Source of the DNA: an uncultured bacterium
GTDB taxonomy: Bacteria; Patescibacteriota; Dojkabacteria; J137
DNA: 64,000 bases
NCBI GenBank assembly: GCA_963700155.1
Contig: OY969472.1
Coordinates: forward strand, 381,511-445,510
Direction of reading: 5' to 3'
Positions within the stretch are counted from its first letter, which is position 1, and every line of letters begins with the position of its first letter. Positions 19,431-29,512 of this stretch are shown piece by piece. The notes beneath the pieces were generated by a model, which did no database searches, was not told the DNA's origin, and worked only from the letters and a program-made list of their open reading frames with translations. Made by a program: the position numbers and the translations under genes.

Positions 19431-20303
19431 ATGTTCAAACGTCGAATGAGTAATCAGCCATACAACATAAAATTCTCACAAAACTTTATTAAATCTGAGC
19501 AACTTTCAGAAGAAATTGTAGGTCTAGCTGGTATTTCTAATGAAGAATTAGTAATAGAAATCGGTCCTGGACAAGGAGCATTAACTGAATTTATTGTTTC
19601 TACTGGCGCAAAGGTAATAGCAGTAGAAAAAGATGAAGAACTGGCTGAAAATCTAAAAAAAATTTACCAAGATAAAAACATTGAAATAGTTAAAAAAGAT
19701 TTTTTAGATTTTCAGCTTCCAAACAGAAGCTATAAAGTTATTGGTAACATTCCCTTTGCGCTAACAACCAGAATCATAAATAGAATTTTGAATTATGAAA
19801 ATCCACCGGAATTGACATTGTTAATTATGCAGAAAGAAGCAGCACTAAGATTCATTGAGAATAATCTTATTTCTTTGAAATACAAACCATGGTTTAAATT
19901 TAAAATTATTAAATATTTTAGACCTGAAGATTTCAAGCCAAGACCTAGTGTACTTCCAGTTTTATTAAAGATATCAAAAAGAGAATTTCCTTTGATTGAA
20001 TTTAAAGAAAGAGAAAATTATTTAGCATTTATCACTTTTTGTTTTCTTAATTCTAAATTTTGGCTTAGGTCTTCTTTAAGAAAGATATTTTCATTTAGGC
20101 AGTTGGCAATTATTTCTCAGAAATATAATGTTAAAAAGAAACCATCTGAACTAGGTTTGGAACAATGGATAAGCCTATTTAATGAGTATCAGAAGTATGC
20201 AGTTGCTGAGAAGAAAAATCTAGTTGAAAATTTCTTAGGGGATTACAAAAATTCAAGAAAACCTAATAAAGAAATTTTCAGAACAAGAGCTATTTACAAA
20301 TAA
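19431..20303 (+). CDS. rRNA adenine N6-methyltransferase, Erm/KsgA family (Erm-like)
   Basis: FSQNFIKS, VIEIGPGQGALT, and KVIGNIPFALTTRIINRIL match the ErmC SQNFI / EIGSGKG / GNIPYNISTDII blocks. Confidence 0.7.
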   Translation: MFKRRMSNQPYNIKFSQNFIKSEQLSEEIVGLAGISNEELVIEIGPGQGALTEFIVSTGAKVIAVEKDEELAENLKKIYQDKNIEIVKKDFLDFQLPNRSYKVIGNIPFALTTRIINRILNYENPPELTLLIMQKEAALRFIENNLISLKYKPWFKFKIIKYFRPEDFKPRPSVLPVLLKISKREFPLIEFKERENYLAFITFCFLNSKFWLRSSLRKIFSFRQLAIISQKYNVKKKPSELGLEQWISLFNEYQKYAVAEKKNLVENFLGDYKNSRKPNKEIFRTRAIYK

Positions 20304-20328
20304 GATTTAGCTATAGTATTCTCCACTT

Positions 20329-20880
20329 ATGAATTTTTTACCAGACGGAAATCAAAACAATTTAGATCCTGAAATGCTTCCAGAAGGAAGGTTACGAACA
20401 TTGTTTGAAGATGGTGCAGTTGCTTTCGATTTAATACTTGAAGAATTACAGAAGATAGAACTGTCTGATGGCCAGTTAGATTTAGTTAAAAAAGGAGTTG
20501 TGAATAAAATAGTAGAAATCTTAAGACATGGTAATTTTTCAGACTTAAGAGGTATAAAAGAATTACTTAATACATTAAAAATCTCAACTCTCGATTTAAA
20601 TAAAGAAGCAATAGACTTTTTGTTAACTTGGTCAAATTATCTTACCTTTTTTGATATTTCAAGAATAGGACTAGCTCAAACTGATCCTGATAAACCGAAC
20701 ATTGAATGCGTTCGACAAATCATTCAATCCAAACTCCCAGAAGGTGAAATTGCTAGTGATGAACTTATAGCACAAATTATTAATGCAAGGCATATATTTT
20801 TGCTCTTAAAAGAAAGAAGAATAAACAACATTCAAAGTAATAATCTCATTAGAATATTAACTGAAGGTTATGAAAATTAG
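20329..20880 (+). CDS. Hypothetical protein
   Basis: ORF track only. Confidence 0.4.
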   Translation: MNFLPDGNQNNLDPEMLPEGRLRTLFEDGAVAFDLILEELQKIELSDGQLDLVKKGVVNKIVEILRHGNFSDLRGIKELLNTLKISTLDLNKEAIDFLLTWSNYLTFFDISRIGLAQTDPDKPNIECVRQIIQSKLPEGEIASDELIAQIINARHIFLLLKERRINNIQSNNLIRILTEGYEN

Positions 20881-21375
20881 TTAAATAATTTCACCTACCC
20901 CTATTGAATTATAAGCAAGAAAAATCATTTTTTCTCCTAATTTTGAATACAATTGAGAAACTTCAGCTTGAGACAATTTAACATCTCGCCCTCCAATATC
21001 TTCAAGTAAAGTGGTCAATTTTTTAGCAGCTTCTGGGTCATCTAGATCATACAAGCTAAAGCTATGCTTTAGGAGAAGATTCGGAGCCCGATTCATTAGA
21101 TAGAAGGCTAATCCAATTTTATATCCTAAAGAATCTTCATCCTGACTGTATAGCATTTCCCAAGGATCAGCGTCTCCTGCCACAGCTCTTACAGTTGAAG
21201 CAATAAATCCACCCATATCTCCCGAAATTTCAAGCTCACGAAATTTAGAAACTACCAATTCAGCATAATCATCTAAATGAGTTCGCTGGGCGTCAATTCC
21301 TTTATCTATAGTAGAAGTTAGAAATAATTGAGAATTCATAAAAAAGAGAAAAACAATTATAAAAAATTCTAACAC
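20881..21375 (-). CDS. Hypothetical protein with a hydrophobic N-terminus
   Basis: ORF track only. Confidence 0.4.
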   Translation of the reverse strand: MLEFFIIVFLFFMNSQLFLTSTIDKGIDAQRTHLDDYAELVVSKFRELEISGDMGGFIASTVRAVAGDADPWEMLYSQDEDSLGYKIGLAFYLMNRAPNLLLKHSFSLYDLDDPEAAKKLTTLLEDIGGRDVKLSQAEVSQLYSKLGEKMIFLAYNSIGVGEII

Positions 21376-21389
21376 AAAATTGCTTAGAC

Positions 21390-22778
21390 CTAATCTATTT
21401 GTATTAAATATACTCTTTCATCAATCTTATAAGGCACATTTGAATTTTTAAAATCTTCAGGGTATAAATTATAAAGCGATTCTCCCCAGTCTTTGCTCCA
21501 AACATAAATTCCTTTATCACCTCTGCTCCATTGAGGTTCAAAACTCAACATCGCACTATCTAAATTTCTTTCTGAATAGTAAATTGTTTCAGGTCTATCA
21601 GCATATAAAAATTCATCTGTAGGAACATTCTGATTAATCCACTCACCGGCTATTTTAAAATCAGAATTATCCTCAACCCAGCTTTTTTGAAATATAACTC
21701 CACCTAAATGCAAATACAAAAATATAATTTGAGCTGCAAATAAAGAAATCAAAAGTAAATTCCGAAAATTCGTTTTTGAAACCATCCATATTACTCCGTA
21801 ACTTGAAACAATTATCATAAAGGGTAAAACACCGACAAAATATCTCATAAGACCGGCTGAACCTAACATGCCAAACTTCCATAAAATTGCTTCAATTATT
21901 AAGAAGCCGGAGAACAGAACCCAGATATACATTAGAAATCTGTAGTAGAATCTGTTCTCCGGCTTCTTCCGCAAGAAATATATAGTTCCTAAGATAAAAA
22001 GCGATCCGATAATAAATTCACCTAGAGCAAACTGTTTTGGATAAGACAAAATACTTCCATAACCATAGACTCCTCGTTCAGCAGGATATCCGGCTTGAAA
22101 GATGTAAAGAATTAAACCTGTGTTCAAGAAACCTAATAAATTCCAAATGAATACTGGAATAACACTTGTTAGCCATTGCAGAGAAATCTTTGGAGAAAGA
22201 TTTCTCTGCTCAAATAACATCCATAAATCATAAATTACTACAAAATAAAGTCCCTCTATTCTTCCAAGAACTGATAATCCAACAAACAGACTTCCTAACA
22301 AATACTTTTTATTCAAAGCAAAATATGCAGAAAGTACCAGCATTAGACTGAAAAGCTGGTCTGTCAAAGCTGAAGTAGATGAAATAAATAAGGTTAAGCC
22401 AAATGAAGAAAATATAATCGAAAGTAAAGCAACTTTAAAATTTCCAAAAAGTTTTAGAACTATTTTATAAACAATAAAACTGATCAATAAAGATATACAA
22501 ATATTAAAAATTTGTACAAATAAAATATCTTTTATATTAAAAAGTTGAACGAGTAATCCAAATGTATAGGCATATAATGGCTTTGTCCACACTCCAAGAC
22601 CAAGAATTAAATTATTCGGGAAATTGCTAAAAACAGTTCTCAACTCCAGAAAATGCATAAAACTGTCAGGCTCCCAATCAGAATTATTAAAACTAATCGC
22701 AGTTACTATCTTAATAATAAAAATAAAACAAAGGATAAGAATTAATAATTTCTTTTTATCTATTTTAGAAAAATCCAT
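21390..22778 (-). CDS. Polytopic membrane protein, GT-C-like glycosyltransferase (PMT/ArnT-like)
   Basis: Many TM helices; first-loop acidic motif NNSDWEPDSF. Confidence 0.5.
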   Translation of the reverse strand: MDFSKIDKKKLLILILCFIFIIKIVTAISFNNSDWEPDSFMHFLELRTVFSNFPNNLILGLGVWTKPLYAYTFGLLVQLFNIKDILFVQIFNICISLLISFIVYKIVLKLFGNFKVALLSIIFSSFGLTLFISSTSALTDQLFSLMLVLSAYFALNKKYLLGSLFVGLSVLGRIEGLYFVVIYDLWMLFEQRNLSPKISLQWLTSVIPVFIWNLLGFLNTGLILYIFQAGYPAERGVYGYGSILSYPKQFALGEFIIGSLFILGTIYFLRKKPENRFYYRFLMYIWVLFSGFLIIEAILWKFGMLGSAGLMRYFVGVLPFMIIVSSYGVIWMVSKTNFRNLLLISLFAAQIIFLYLHLGGVIFQKSWVEDNSDFKIAGEWINQNVPTDEFLYADRPETIYYSERNLDSAMLSFEPQWSRGDKGIYVWSKDWGESLYNLYPEDFKNSNVPYKIDERVYLIQID

Positions 22779-22856
22779 ATTGCATGAATTATATTTGAAA
22801 CTGCTATACTTTTCAAAAGCTTAACAGTAAAATTAAAACGCATTAATACAAGAATT

Positions 22857-23285
22857 ATGGTTCAGAAAATTAAAAATATTGTTTTATCAAAAGAGTTCCA
22901 GAAATTTTTTGTCGTTGGCGGAATCGCATTCCTTCTCGACTTTGGGATTTTAACCTTTGAAGTTTATATTCTAAATTTTCAGCTCACACTATTTGAAGTA
23001 GTTTTCATTCCTAACGTAATTTCAGCTACAGTTGCAATAGTTTTTGGATTCTTTGCTCAAAGACAATGGGCTTTTAAAGAGCGAAACAAAGATAAAGCTT
23101 TTAAAGAAATGAGTAAGTACATTTTGGTTCAGCTTTTCAATCTTGTCGTATTCAACTCTATTATTTTCGGAATAATTTTAAATTTCGGAGTAATTGTTCC
23201 AATTTCAAAAATTTTAGTTGTTGGAATGCAAACCATTACAAGTTATGTGCTTTATAAATACTTTGTTTTTAAAAATGTTAAGTAA
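22857..23285 (+). CDS. GtrA-family flippase-like protein
   Basis: 142 aa, 4 TM, FFVVGGIAFLLDFGIL start typical of GtrA. Confidence 0.7.
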   Translation: MVQKIKNIVLSKEFQKFFVVGGIAFLLDFGILTFEVYILNFQLTLFEVVFIPNVISATVAIVFGFFAQRQWAFKERNKDKAFKEMSKYILVQLFNLVVFNSIIFGIILNFGVIVPISKILVVGMQTITSYVLYKYFVFKNVK

Positions 23286-23353
23286 TTATAAAACTATACT
23301 TTTATTTTTCTTCACAGTAAAATGTTTTGCATTTAATTATTTAGAATATTTTT

Positions 23354-24082
23354 ATGAAGCTGAGTATTGTTATTCCTGCATATAATGAGGAAAAGACTTT
23401 AGAAGAGCTGGTAAAGCGAGTTTTTGAATTAACTTTGCCTCAGAACTTTGAGAAAGAAATTATTATTGTTAATGATGGTTCAAAAGATTCAACTTGGGAG
23501 ATAATTCAAAAACTCGCCCAAGAGAACACTGAAGTTGTACCACTAAATAATCCTCATAATATGGGGAAATCCCAAACTGTAAGGAATGGATTATTAAAAA
23601 CAACTGGAGACTATGTTGTTATTCAAGATGCAGATTTAGAATATGAACCTAAAGAGATTTTAGATTTGTTAAATCTGGCATTAGAAAATGATCTAGATGT
23701 TGTTTATGGTAATCGCTTCGGTAAAAAAAATGAAGTTATTTACTGGCAAAATTATATTGGTAATAAGTCTCTTTCAGCATTTTCTAATCTTTTCACTTTT
23801 CCTAGGATTAAAGTATGGATTCCTGATATGGAAGTTTGCTATAAATTAATAAAAGGTAATGTAATAAGAGAAATTGCAGAAGGGATCGTTTCTAAAAGTA
23901 CTTTTGGTCTTGAACCTGAAATCACTGCAAAGCTTTCTAAATATAAACTAAATGGTAAACATTTAAAATTTGGAATTGTGCCAATCAGCTACTACCCAAG
24001 ATCCATTGCTGAAGGGAAAAAGATGAATGCTGTAAAAGATGGAATGAAAGCCCTAAGAGAAATTATTACTTATAATCTTTAA
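23354..24082 (+). CDS. GT2 polyprenyl-phosphate glycosyltransferase (DPM1/GtrB-like)
   Basis: LSIVIPAYNEE...IIIVNDGSKDST...VIQDADLEY. Confidence 0.8.
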   Translation: MKLSIVIPAYNEEKTLEELVKRVFELTLPQNFEKEIIIVNDGSKDSTWEIIQKLAQENTEVVPLNNPHNMGKSQTVRNGLLKTTGDYVVIQDADLEYEPKEILDLLNLALENDLDVVYGNRFGKKNEVIYWQNYIGNKSLSAFSNLFTFPRIKVWIPDMEVCYKLIKGNVIREIAEGIVSKSTFGLEPEITAKLSKYKLNGKHLKFGIVPISYYPRSIAEGKKMNAVKDGMKALREIITYNL

Positions 24083-24145
24083 CTTCTTTCAATTTTAATA
24101 AATTATTCCCAAAGATAAATAAAGTAGTACTACTGAAAAACTTTG

Positions 24146-25603
24146 TTATACGAGGTTTGATGATGGAGTTTTGCAATTTTCACTTTTAATAAGATGTAAT
24201 TTATCAATATCCACATTATTTTTAATTAAAACAATAGATCTGATTACATACATATACAAATCTTTATTCTTATCAATACAAATGGAATTATTCTCCTTAG
24301 AATAGTTTAAATCAACATACTCTGCATAATATGTGTATCGACTAGTATCATATTTAAACTCCTCGGAGTTTTTAAAATAGTTATAAAATATTGGATTAAT
24401 ATCCATAATTAAATTAACAAACTCTGGTCTACTTTTTATATAAGTTTCAATTTTATTTTCCTGAGAGAAATAATCGATCTCCAAATAATAATTATGTACT
24501 ACTGGTAATTCCCTTTTAACCAATGAGTTACTAAGAGGAAGAAAAGTCGGATAGAAAGCTATTAATATAAATATCAATTTATAATTTAGATGAACTTTAA
24601 TTTCATTAAAGAACCAAGCGAAAATAGGAATAATCCAAGGAATAAAATACAACATAAACCTTCGATCATTCCAATTATAAAAAATTACCCAAAATATGAA
24701 GTTCACAGTAAGTCCTGCAATAAAAAACAGAAGTAGCTTATTTTGGAAGACTTTCTTTAAATTCCATATAATATAAACAATCAAAACTAAAATTAGGAAA
24801 CTAAACAAACTGACTGCAACTAACCCATAGAAGAATATTGAATCTAAATTAGGTACTAACAGACCAAACTGCTCTACTTTACTATAAAGAAAGTTCCCAG
24901 TAACTAGAAATTTATACAAATGCCAAGGTAAAACGGCTAGGAAAAAAATTATTAAAGGTACAAATAAAAGTATTACTGTATTAATTTTATTCTTTATAGT
25001 CCTAAAACTTCTTAAGTACTCTCTGTTCTTATATAAGTAAGCTACTAGCCAGATTGGTAAAAGAAAGTATGCAAAGTTTTGAAAAAGTACTGAAACTCCT
25101 AACCATAAAAAAGCAAGTTTGTATTTTTTTACTAAAAGATAGTAAAGTGAAATCGTAATAAATCCGATTGCATAGTAATCTGCAAGAATATCATTTGCTC
25201 CTAAATTAAACCCATAGTTAAAAAATAACAGAGCTACTAATAGTAATGATATAAACCTGGTACTAAAAAGTCTACAAATCTTATATATAAATAACAATAT
25301 TAAAAAGAATATAAACTGATTAATTAACGGTAAGAGAAATAATAAATTTAGACCATTAAGCAGTTTAATGATTAATGGTAATCCAGGATTTCTAAAAGTG
25401 ATTGAGTTATTAAGAAAAAGTTGTAAGCCATTCGCAATCCAATCATATGAATCTGAAGACATAAATTTATATGTATTCAAAAAGTCACCAGTATTTGTAA
25501 TTAGGAAATATTTAATTATTAAAAGGAGTGCAAGGAACGCAAAAAATATTTTTACTGTTCTATCTTGTTTACTAAATATTTTATTTTTAATTGTATTCAG
25601 CAT
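24146..25603 (-). CDS. Polytopic membrane protein, putative GT-C glycosyltransferase
   Basis: About 12 TM helices; SSDSYDWIANG loop. Confidence 0.45.
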   Translation of the reverse strand: MLNTIKNKIFSKQDRTVKIFFAFLALLLIIKYFLITNTGDFLNTYKFMSSDSYDWIANGLQLFLNNSITFRNPGLPLIIKLLNGLNLLFLLPLINQFIFFLILLFIYKICRLFSTRFISLLLVALLFFNYGFNLGANDILADYYAIGFITISLYYLLVKKYKLAFLWLGVSVLFQNFAYFLLPIWLVAYLYKNREYLRSFRTIKNKINTVILLFVPLIIFFLAVLPWHLYKFLVTGNFLYSKVEQFGLLVPNLDSIFFYGLVAVSLFSFLILVLIVYIIWNLKKVFQNKLLLFFIAGLTVNFIFWVIFYNWNDRRFMLYFIPWIIPIFAWFFNEIKVHLNYKLIFILIAFYPTFLPLSNSLVKRELPVVHNYYLEIDYFSQENKIETYIKSRPEFVNLIMDINPIFYNYFKNSEEFKYDTSRYTYYAEYVDLNYSKENNSICIDKNKDLYMYVIRSIVLIKNNVDIDKLHLIKSENCKTPSSNLV

Positions 25604-25616
25604 AGTTATATTCTAT

Positions 25617-26567
25617 TTATTTTTTGCTATATTGCAACTCCTTTTGCCTTTCTAGAGTATCTTCTAAAAGTCTACGATTTACAGAAATCAACTCAGCAAT
25701 AATACCAAGAGAAACAAGCTGAACTCCAACAACGAATGATACGGCACCTAATATAATTGACTGAACATGACCATCACCTTGACCCAATGAAAAGAAATAT
25801 AGGAATCTACCTATTGCAAATACTGCTACTATAAAGAAAACTAAAGACAAGTATAAAAATGTTTTAAAGGGTTCATAAATTGCAAACATTCTCAAAACAT
25901 TAAATCCAGATTTCTTAACTTTAGTAAATAAGTTTTTAATTAGTCTAGATTGTCTAGTCTTTGGATTCACATCAATTGGTATCCATGCAATGTCTAATCC
26001 TTTTTTACTAGCTTGAACAACGGTATCCACCGTATAGGTATAATTAGTCACAACATTAATTTTAAGCATTGCTTCTCTCGAATATGCTCTAAAACCGCTT
26101 ACTGCATCCTTTACTTTACTACCTGATGCCATTTGTGTAACTTTAGTCCCAAAATATTGAAGAATCTTTTTCAAGATAGAAAATTCTTTTATCTTTGAAG
26201 TTTGTCTATCACCTATAACGATTTCTGCTTTACCTTCAAGAATTGGTTTTACTAAATCCTTGATTCTCTCAGATGGATATTGATTATCACCATCAGTATT
26301 TACAAGTATATCTGCTCCATTCTTTAGAGCGTTATCCATACCTAATTTAAAGGCTCTACCCAACCACCTTCTATTTTCCCCTCTATATCGAACGATGTAC
26401 TTTACTCCTAACTTCTTGGCAATTTTAATAGTCTTATCCGTTGATCCATCATCGATAATCTGATATTCAATTTCATCTATGCCTTCAATTTCCCTCGGCA
26501 TGTTTTTAAATACCAAGTGTAAGGTTTCTTCTTCATTAAAACAAGGGATTTGAATTATTAATTTCAT
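25617..26567 (-). CDS. GT2 glycosyltransferase with C-terminal TM helices (GtrB/ArnC-like)
   Basis: IIQIPCFNEEETL...IIDDGSTDKT...NTDGDNQYP, and C-terminal hydrophobic helices. Confidence 0.75.
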   Translation of the reverse strand: MKLIIQIPCFNEEETLHLVFKNMPREIEGIDEIEYQIIDDGSTDKTIKIAKKLGVKYIVRYRGENRRWLGRAFKLGMDNALKNGADILVNTDGDNQYPSERIKDLVKPILEGKAEIVIGDRQTSKIKEFSILKKILQYFGTKVTQMASGSKVKDAVSGFRAYSREAMLKINVVTNYTYTVDTVVQASKKGLDIAWIPIDVNPKTRQSRLIKNLFTKVKKSGFNVLRMFAIYEPFKTFLYLSLVFFIVAVFAIGRFLYFFSLGQGDGHVQSIILGAVSFVVGVQLVSLGIIAELISVNRRLLEDTLERQKELQYSKK

Positions 26568-26585
26568 TTTTATTCAATATTATAA

Positions 26586-27347
26586 TTAAGTTCCCTTAAT
26601 CATTCCAATCACAAGATATCCCTCAGCAAGGTTAAAATTATTAAATAATCTAGAGATCCAAATGAAAGGAACTAATGTATGTTCATTTAAAATATTCTTA
26701 AATATACTTTTAATTCCAATCATATTTAGTCCACTATCTTTGCTCAACACTTCTTTTTTTTTGTTTCTTTTTGTTTCTAAAAGCTTTTTTGATCTATTCT
26801 CTCTGAAGTATCTTAAAATATTTGTAAATGGATAGCCATAAGATATTATTTTTATTATTTCAATATTTCGAGAATTGAGAAGCTTAATTATATCTTCCAT
26901 ATCATATCTTCTATAATGCCCAACTAATTTATCACTATAACTATATAGTTTTTTTTTCGCTGGAACAGAAATAATAATATATTTAGTGGAATGGTCCACC
27001 AATTCCTTAAATGCAGCTTCATGATCTTTAATATGCTCTAATACTTCTAAAGAAAGTACAAGATCATATTTCTTTTTTAATTTTTTGATATCCCCAACAT
27101 TAAATTCAATTTTATTATCTTGAATTAATAATTCTTTTTTCCTTTGATTTGCAACTTCAATTGCCTTTTCAGAAAAGTCAATTCCTTCTCCTGTTAATCC
27201 TAATTTAATCAACGAACAAGCTATATCACCCGCTCCACAACCTGCATCGAGAAAAGTTTTTATACCATGTAATTTTTTTACTTCATATATCAAATTAAAT
27301 TTTCTAAAAATATAACGAGGGGGAGGAAACCATTTATTACTACTCAT
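26586..27347 (-). CDS. Class I SAM-dependent methyltransferase
   Basis: LDAGCGAGDIACSL motif I. Confidence 0.7.
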   Translation of the reverse strand: MSSNKWFPPPRYIFRKFNLIYEVKKLHGIKTFLDAGCGAGDIACSLIKLGLTGEGIDFSEKAIEVANQRKKELLIQDNKIEFNVGDIKKLKKKYDLVLSLEVLEHIKDHEAAFKELVDHSTKYIIISVPAKKKLYSYSDKLVGHYRRYDMEDIIKLLNSRNIEIIKIISYGYPFTNILRYFRENRSKKLLETKRNKKKEVLSKDSGLNMIGIKSIFKNILNEHTLVPFIWISRLFNNFNLAEGYLVIGMIKGT

Positions 27348-27367
27348 AAGCGATAATTATAAACTAA

Positions 27368-27416
27368 ATAATACTATCAATTACGTGATTAATTATATAA
27401 AATCCGATAGTATTAT
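27368..27416. promoter_or_regulatory. 11-bp perfect inverted repeat ATAATACTATC / GATAGTATTAT with a 27-bp spacer, in a divergent promoter region
   Basis: Arms at 27368-27378 and 27406-27416, between the divergent genes 26586-27347 (-) and 27439-28545 (+). Confidence 0.4.
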
Positions 27417-27438
27417 AGCTAATTTATGAATAATTTAG

Positions 27439-28545
27439 TTGAATTTAAAGAATAATATGAATTTATCAATTTTATATATTGCTTCTAGAGAAAGATCATA
27501 TACTCGCAATGAGAAAATGATAAATGCACTTAAAAGTTTTTGTGATTTAAAAGTCATTTGTCTAGAAGATTCTGTTACTACTGGTGGAGAAGCCAAATTA
27601 AGATATCTACTAAGAATTTTCAAAGTTCTAATCAATTATTATTTCACTTTAATAAAAAACTATAGAAAATATGACATTCTATTCATTGGCTTCTCCGCTC
27701 AATTATTATTTCCATTTGTTCGTCCATTTTGGAGAAAAAAAGTAGTGACAGATTTATATGTATCACTTTATGACACATTATGTTTTGATAAAAAATTATT
27801 AAAGCCTAATTCTATTAAAGGTAGGCTAGTTAAATGGTTAGATAAAATTTGTATTAATGGCTCAGATATAATATTAATGGATACTAATGAACATGCTAAA
27901 TATATTGAAACAACTTTTAAAACGCCCCCAGGCAAAGTTAAGAGTGTTTTTGTGGGATCAAGACTAGTGAACAGTTCATATAATTTTAAAAAACAAGACA
28001 CTTTTCATATTGTATTTACAGGTTCATATATTCCACTTCAGGGGACTACCATAATTATTGAAGCAGCAAAACTTATTAAAGATTTAAATATTAAAATAAC
28101 AATGGTTGGACAAGGGCAGGAATATCCAAAAGCACATGAGTTAGCAGCTAAATACGAACTTAAAAATGTGGAGTTTATAGGTTGGGTATCTTTTATAGAA
28201 CTTGATAAATGGATCTCTACTACGGATCTTATACTAGGAATTTTTGGTGATACTAATAAAGCTAAAAGAGTAATTCCTAATAAAATATTCGAGCCAGCAT
28301 CAATCGGTAAGCCCATACTAACTGGAGATTCCCCAGCAATAAGGGAAATATTCACTCCAGATAAAGATATACTAGTAACTAGAATGAACGACCCAGAAGC
28401 GTTAGCCGAAAAAATCAGATGGGCTTTTAATAATAAAAACAAACTTGTAAAAATTGGTCACAATGGGAATGAGTCTTTTCAGAAGTATGCTTCAGACGAA
28501 AAGATTTCAAATAGATTAGAAATTATTATTAATAATCTTAGATAA
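27439..28545 (+). CDS. Glycosyltransferase GT4/GT1 family
   Basis: C-terminal GT-B module KPILTGDSPAIREIF. Confidence 0.65.
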   Translation: MNLKNNMNLSILYIASRERSYTRNEKMINALKSFCDLKVICLEDSVTTGGEAKLRYLLRIFKVLINYYFTLIKNYRKYDILFIGFSAQLLFPFVRPFWRKKVVTDLYVSLYDTLCFDKKLLKPNSIKGRLVKWLDKICINGSDIILMDTNEHAKYIETTFKTPPGKVKSVFVGSRLVNSSYNFKKQDTFHIVFTGSYIPLQGTTIIIEAAKLIKDLNIKITMVGQGQEYPKAHELAAKYELKNVEFIGWVSFIELDKWISTTDLILGIFGDTNKAKRVIPNKIFEPASIGKPILTGDSPAIREIFTPDKDILVTRMNDPEALAEKIRWAFNNKNKLVKIGHNGNESFQKYASDEKISNRLEIIINNLR

Positions 28546-28549
28546 ACAT

Positions 28550-29512
28550 ATGAAAAGATATATTGGTGCTTTAATCACAATTTTCTTCTTAGTATTATTT
28601 CTTGTATACTTTTTTAAAAACTTGGATTCCTTCAGTTTTATTAAAAATATTCCTCCTTCTAATACAATTGGAATAGCTTTATTAGATATTTTGATCATTT
28701 TCATCAATGGCTTTCTTTATAAATATATCTTGAAAGAATTTAACGTCCTTATTGGTCACTTTGAAAGTTTCTATTTAGCTATAATCACATTTCTTGGAAA
28801 TTACTTTATACCTATGAGAGGAGGTGCTGGTATTAGGGCAATATATCTTAAAAAAAACTTTAAGTTACATTATTCATATTTCGTTTCAATACTTTCTGGG
28901 AATTATATTATTACATTTCTAATACTATCAGTTATAGCTTTATTTTCTTTAGTAATGATACAAATAGAAACAGGTGTTTTCTCGATAACATTATATGTTT
29001 TCTTTTCATTAATACTTATTTTTTCAATATATTTAATCCAAAACAAAATAAAGACTAATAAACTAAGGTTAAAAGAGCGCTTATCAGGAAGACATAACTT
29101 AATTGATAGATTTCTTAAAATATTATCTGATATATCATATGGTTTTAATTCTATTAAAAATAGCCGGAAACTATTATTTTTATTAATAACTCTAACGTTA
29201 CTAAATACTCTTCTAACATTAGTGGTTTCATTTTTAGAATTTAAAGTAATTAATATTGACTTAAATCTTATTAATCTATTTTTATATACATGCTTATCAG
29301 GGATTTCTTTATTAGTAAGTATAACTCCAGGTTCTATCGGAATAAGAGAGTCGATATTTATAATCTTTTCAAGTACAATTGGGATTACTAATAGTCAAGT
29401 TTTACAAGTAGCTTTAGTAGATAGAGGAATATTATATTTAACACTTGTATTACTTTTTGTAATAACTAAATTATTAAATTATTTTAAGCGAAATAATTAT
29501 GAAACTTCTTAA
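28550..29512 (+). CDS. Flippase-like membrane protein (UPF0104 / LPG-synthase TM-like)
   Basis: YFIPMRGGAGIRAIYLKK motif; 8 TM. Confidence 0.5.
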   Translation: MKRYIGALITIFFLVLFLVYFFKNLDSFSFIKNIPPSNTIGIALLDILIIFINGFLYKYILKEFNVLIGHFESFYLAIITFLGNYFIPMRGGAGIRAIYLKKNFKLHYSYFVSILSGNYIITFLILSVIALFSLVMIQIETGVFSITLYVFFSLILIFSIYLIQNKIKTNKLRLKERLSGRHNLIDRFLKILSDISYGFNSIKNSRKLLFLLITLTLLNTLLTLVVSFLEFKVINIDLNLINLFLYTCLSGISLLVSITPGSIGIRESIFIIFSSTIGITNSQVLQVALVDRGILYLTLVLLFVITKLLNYFKRNNYETS

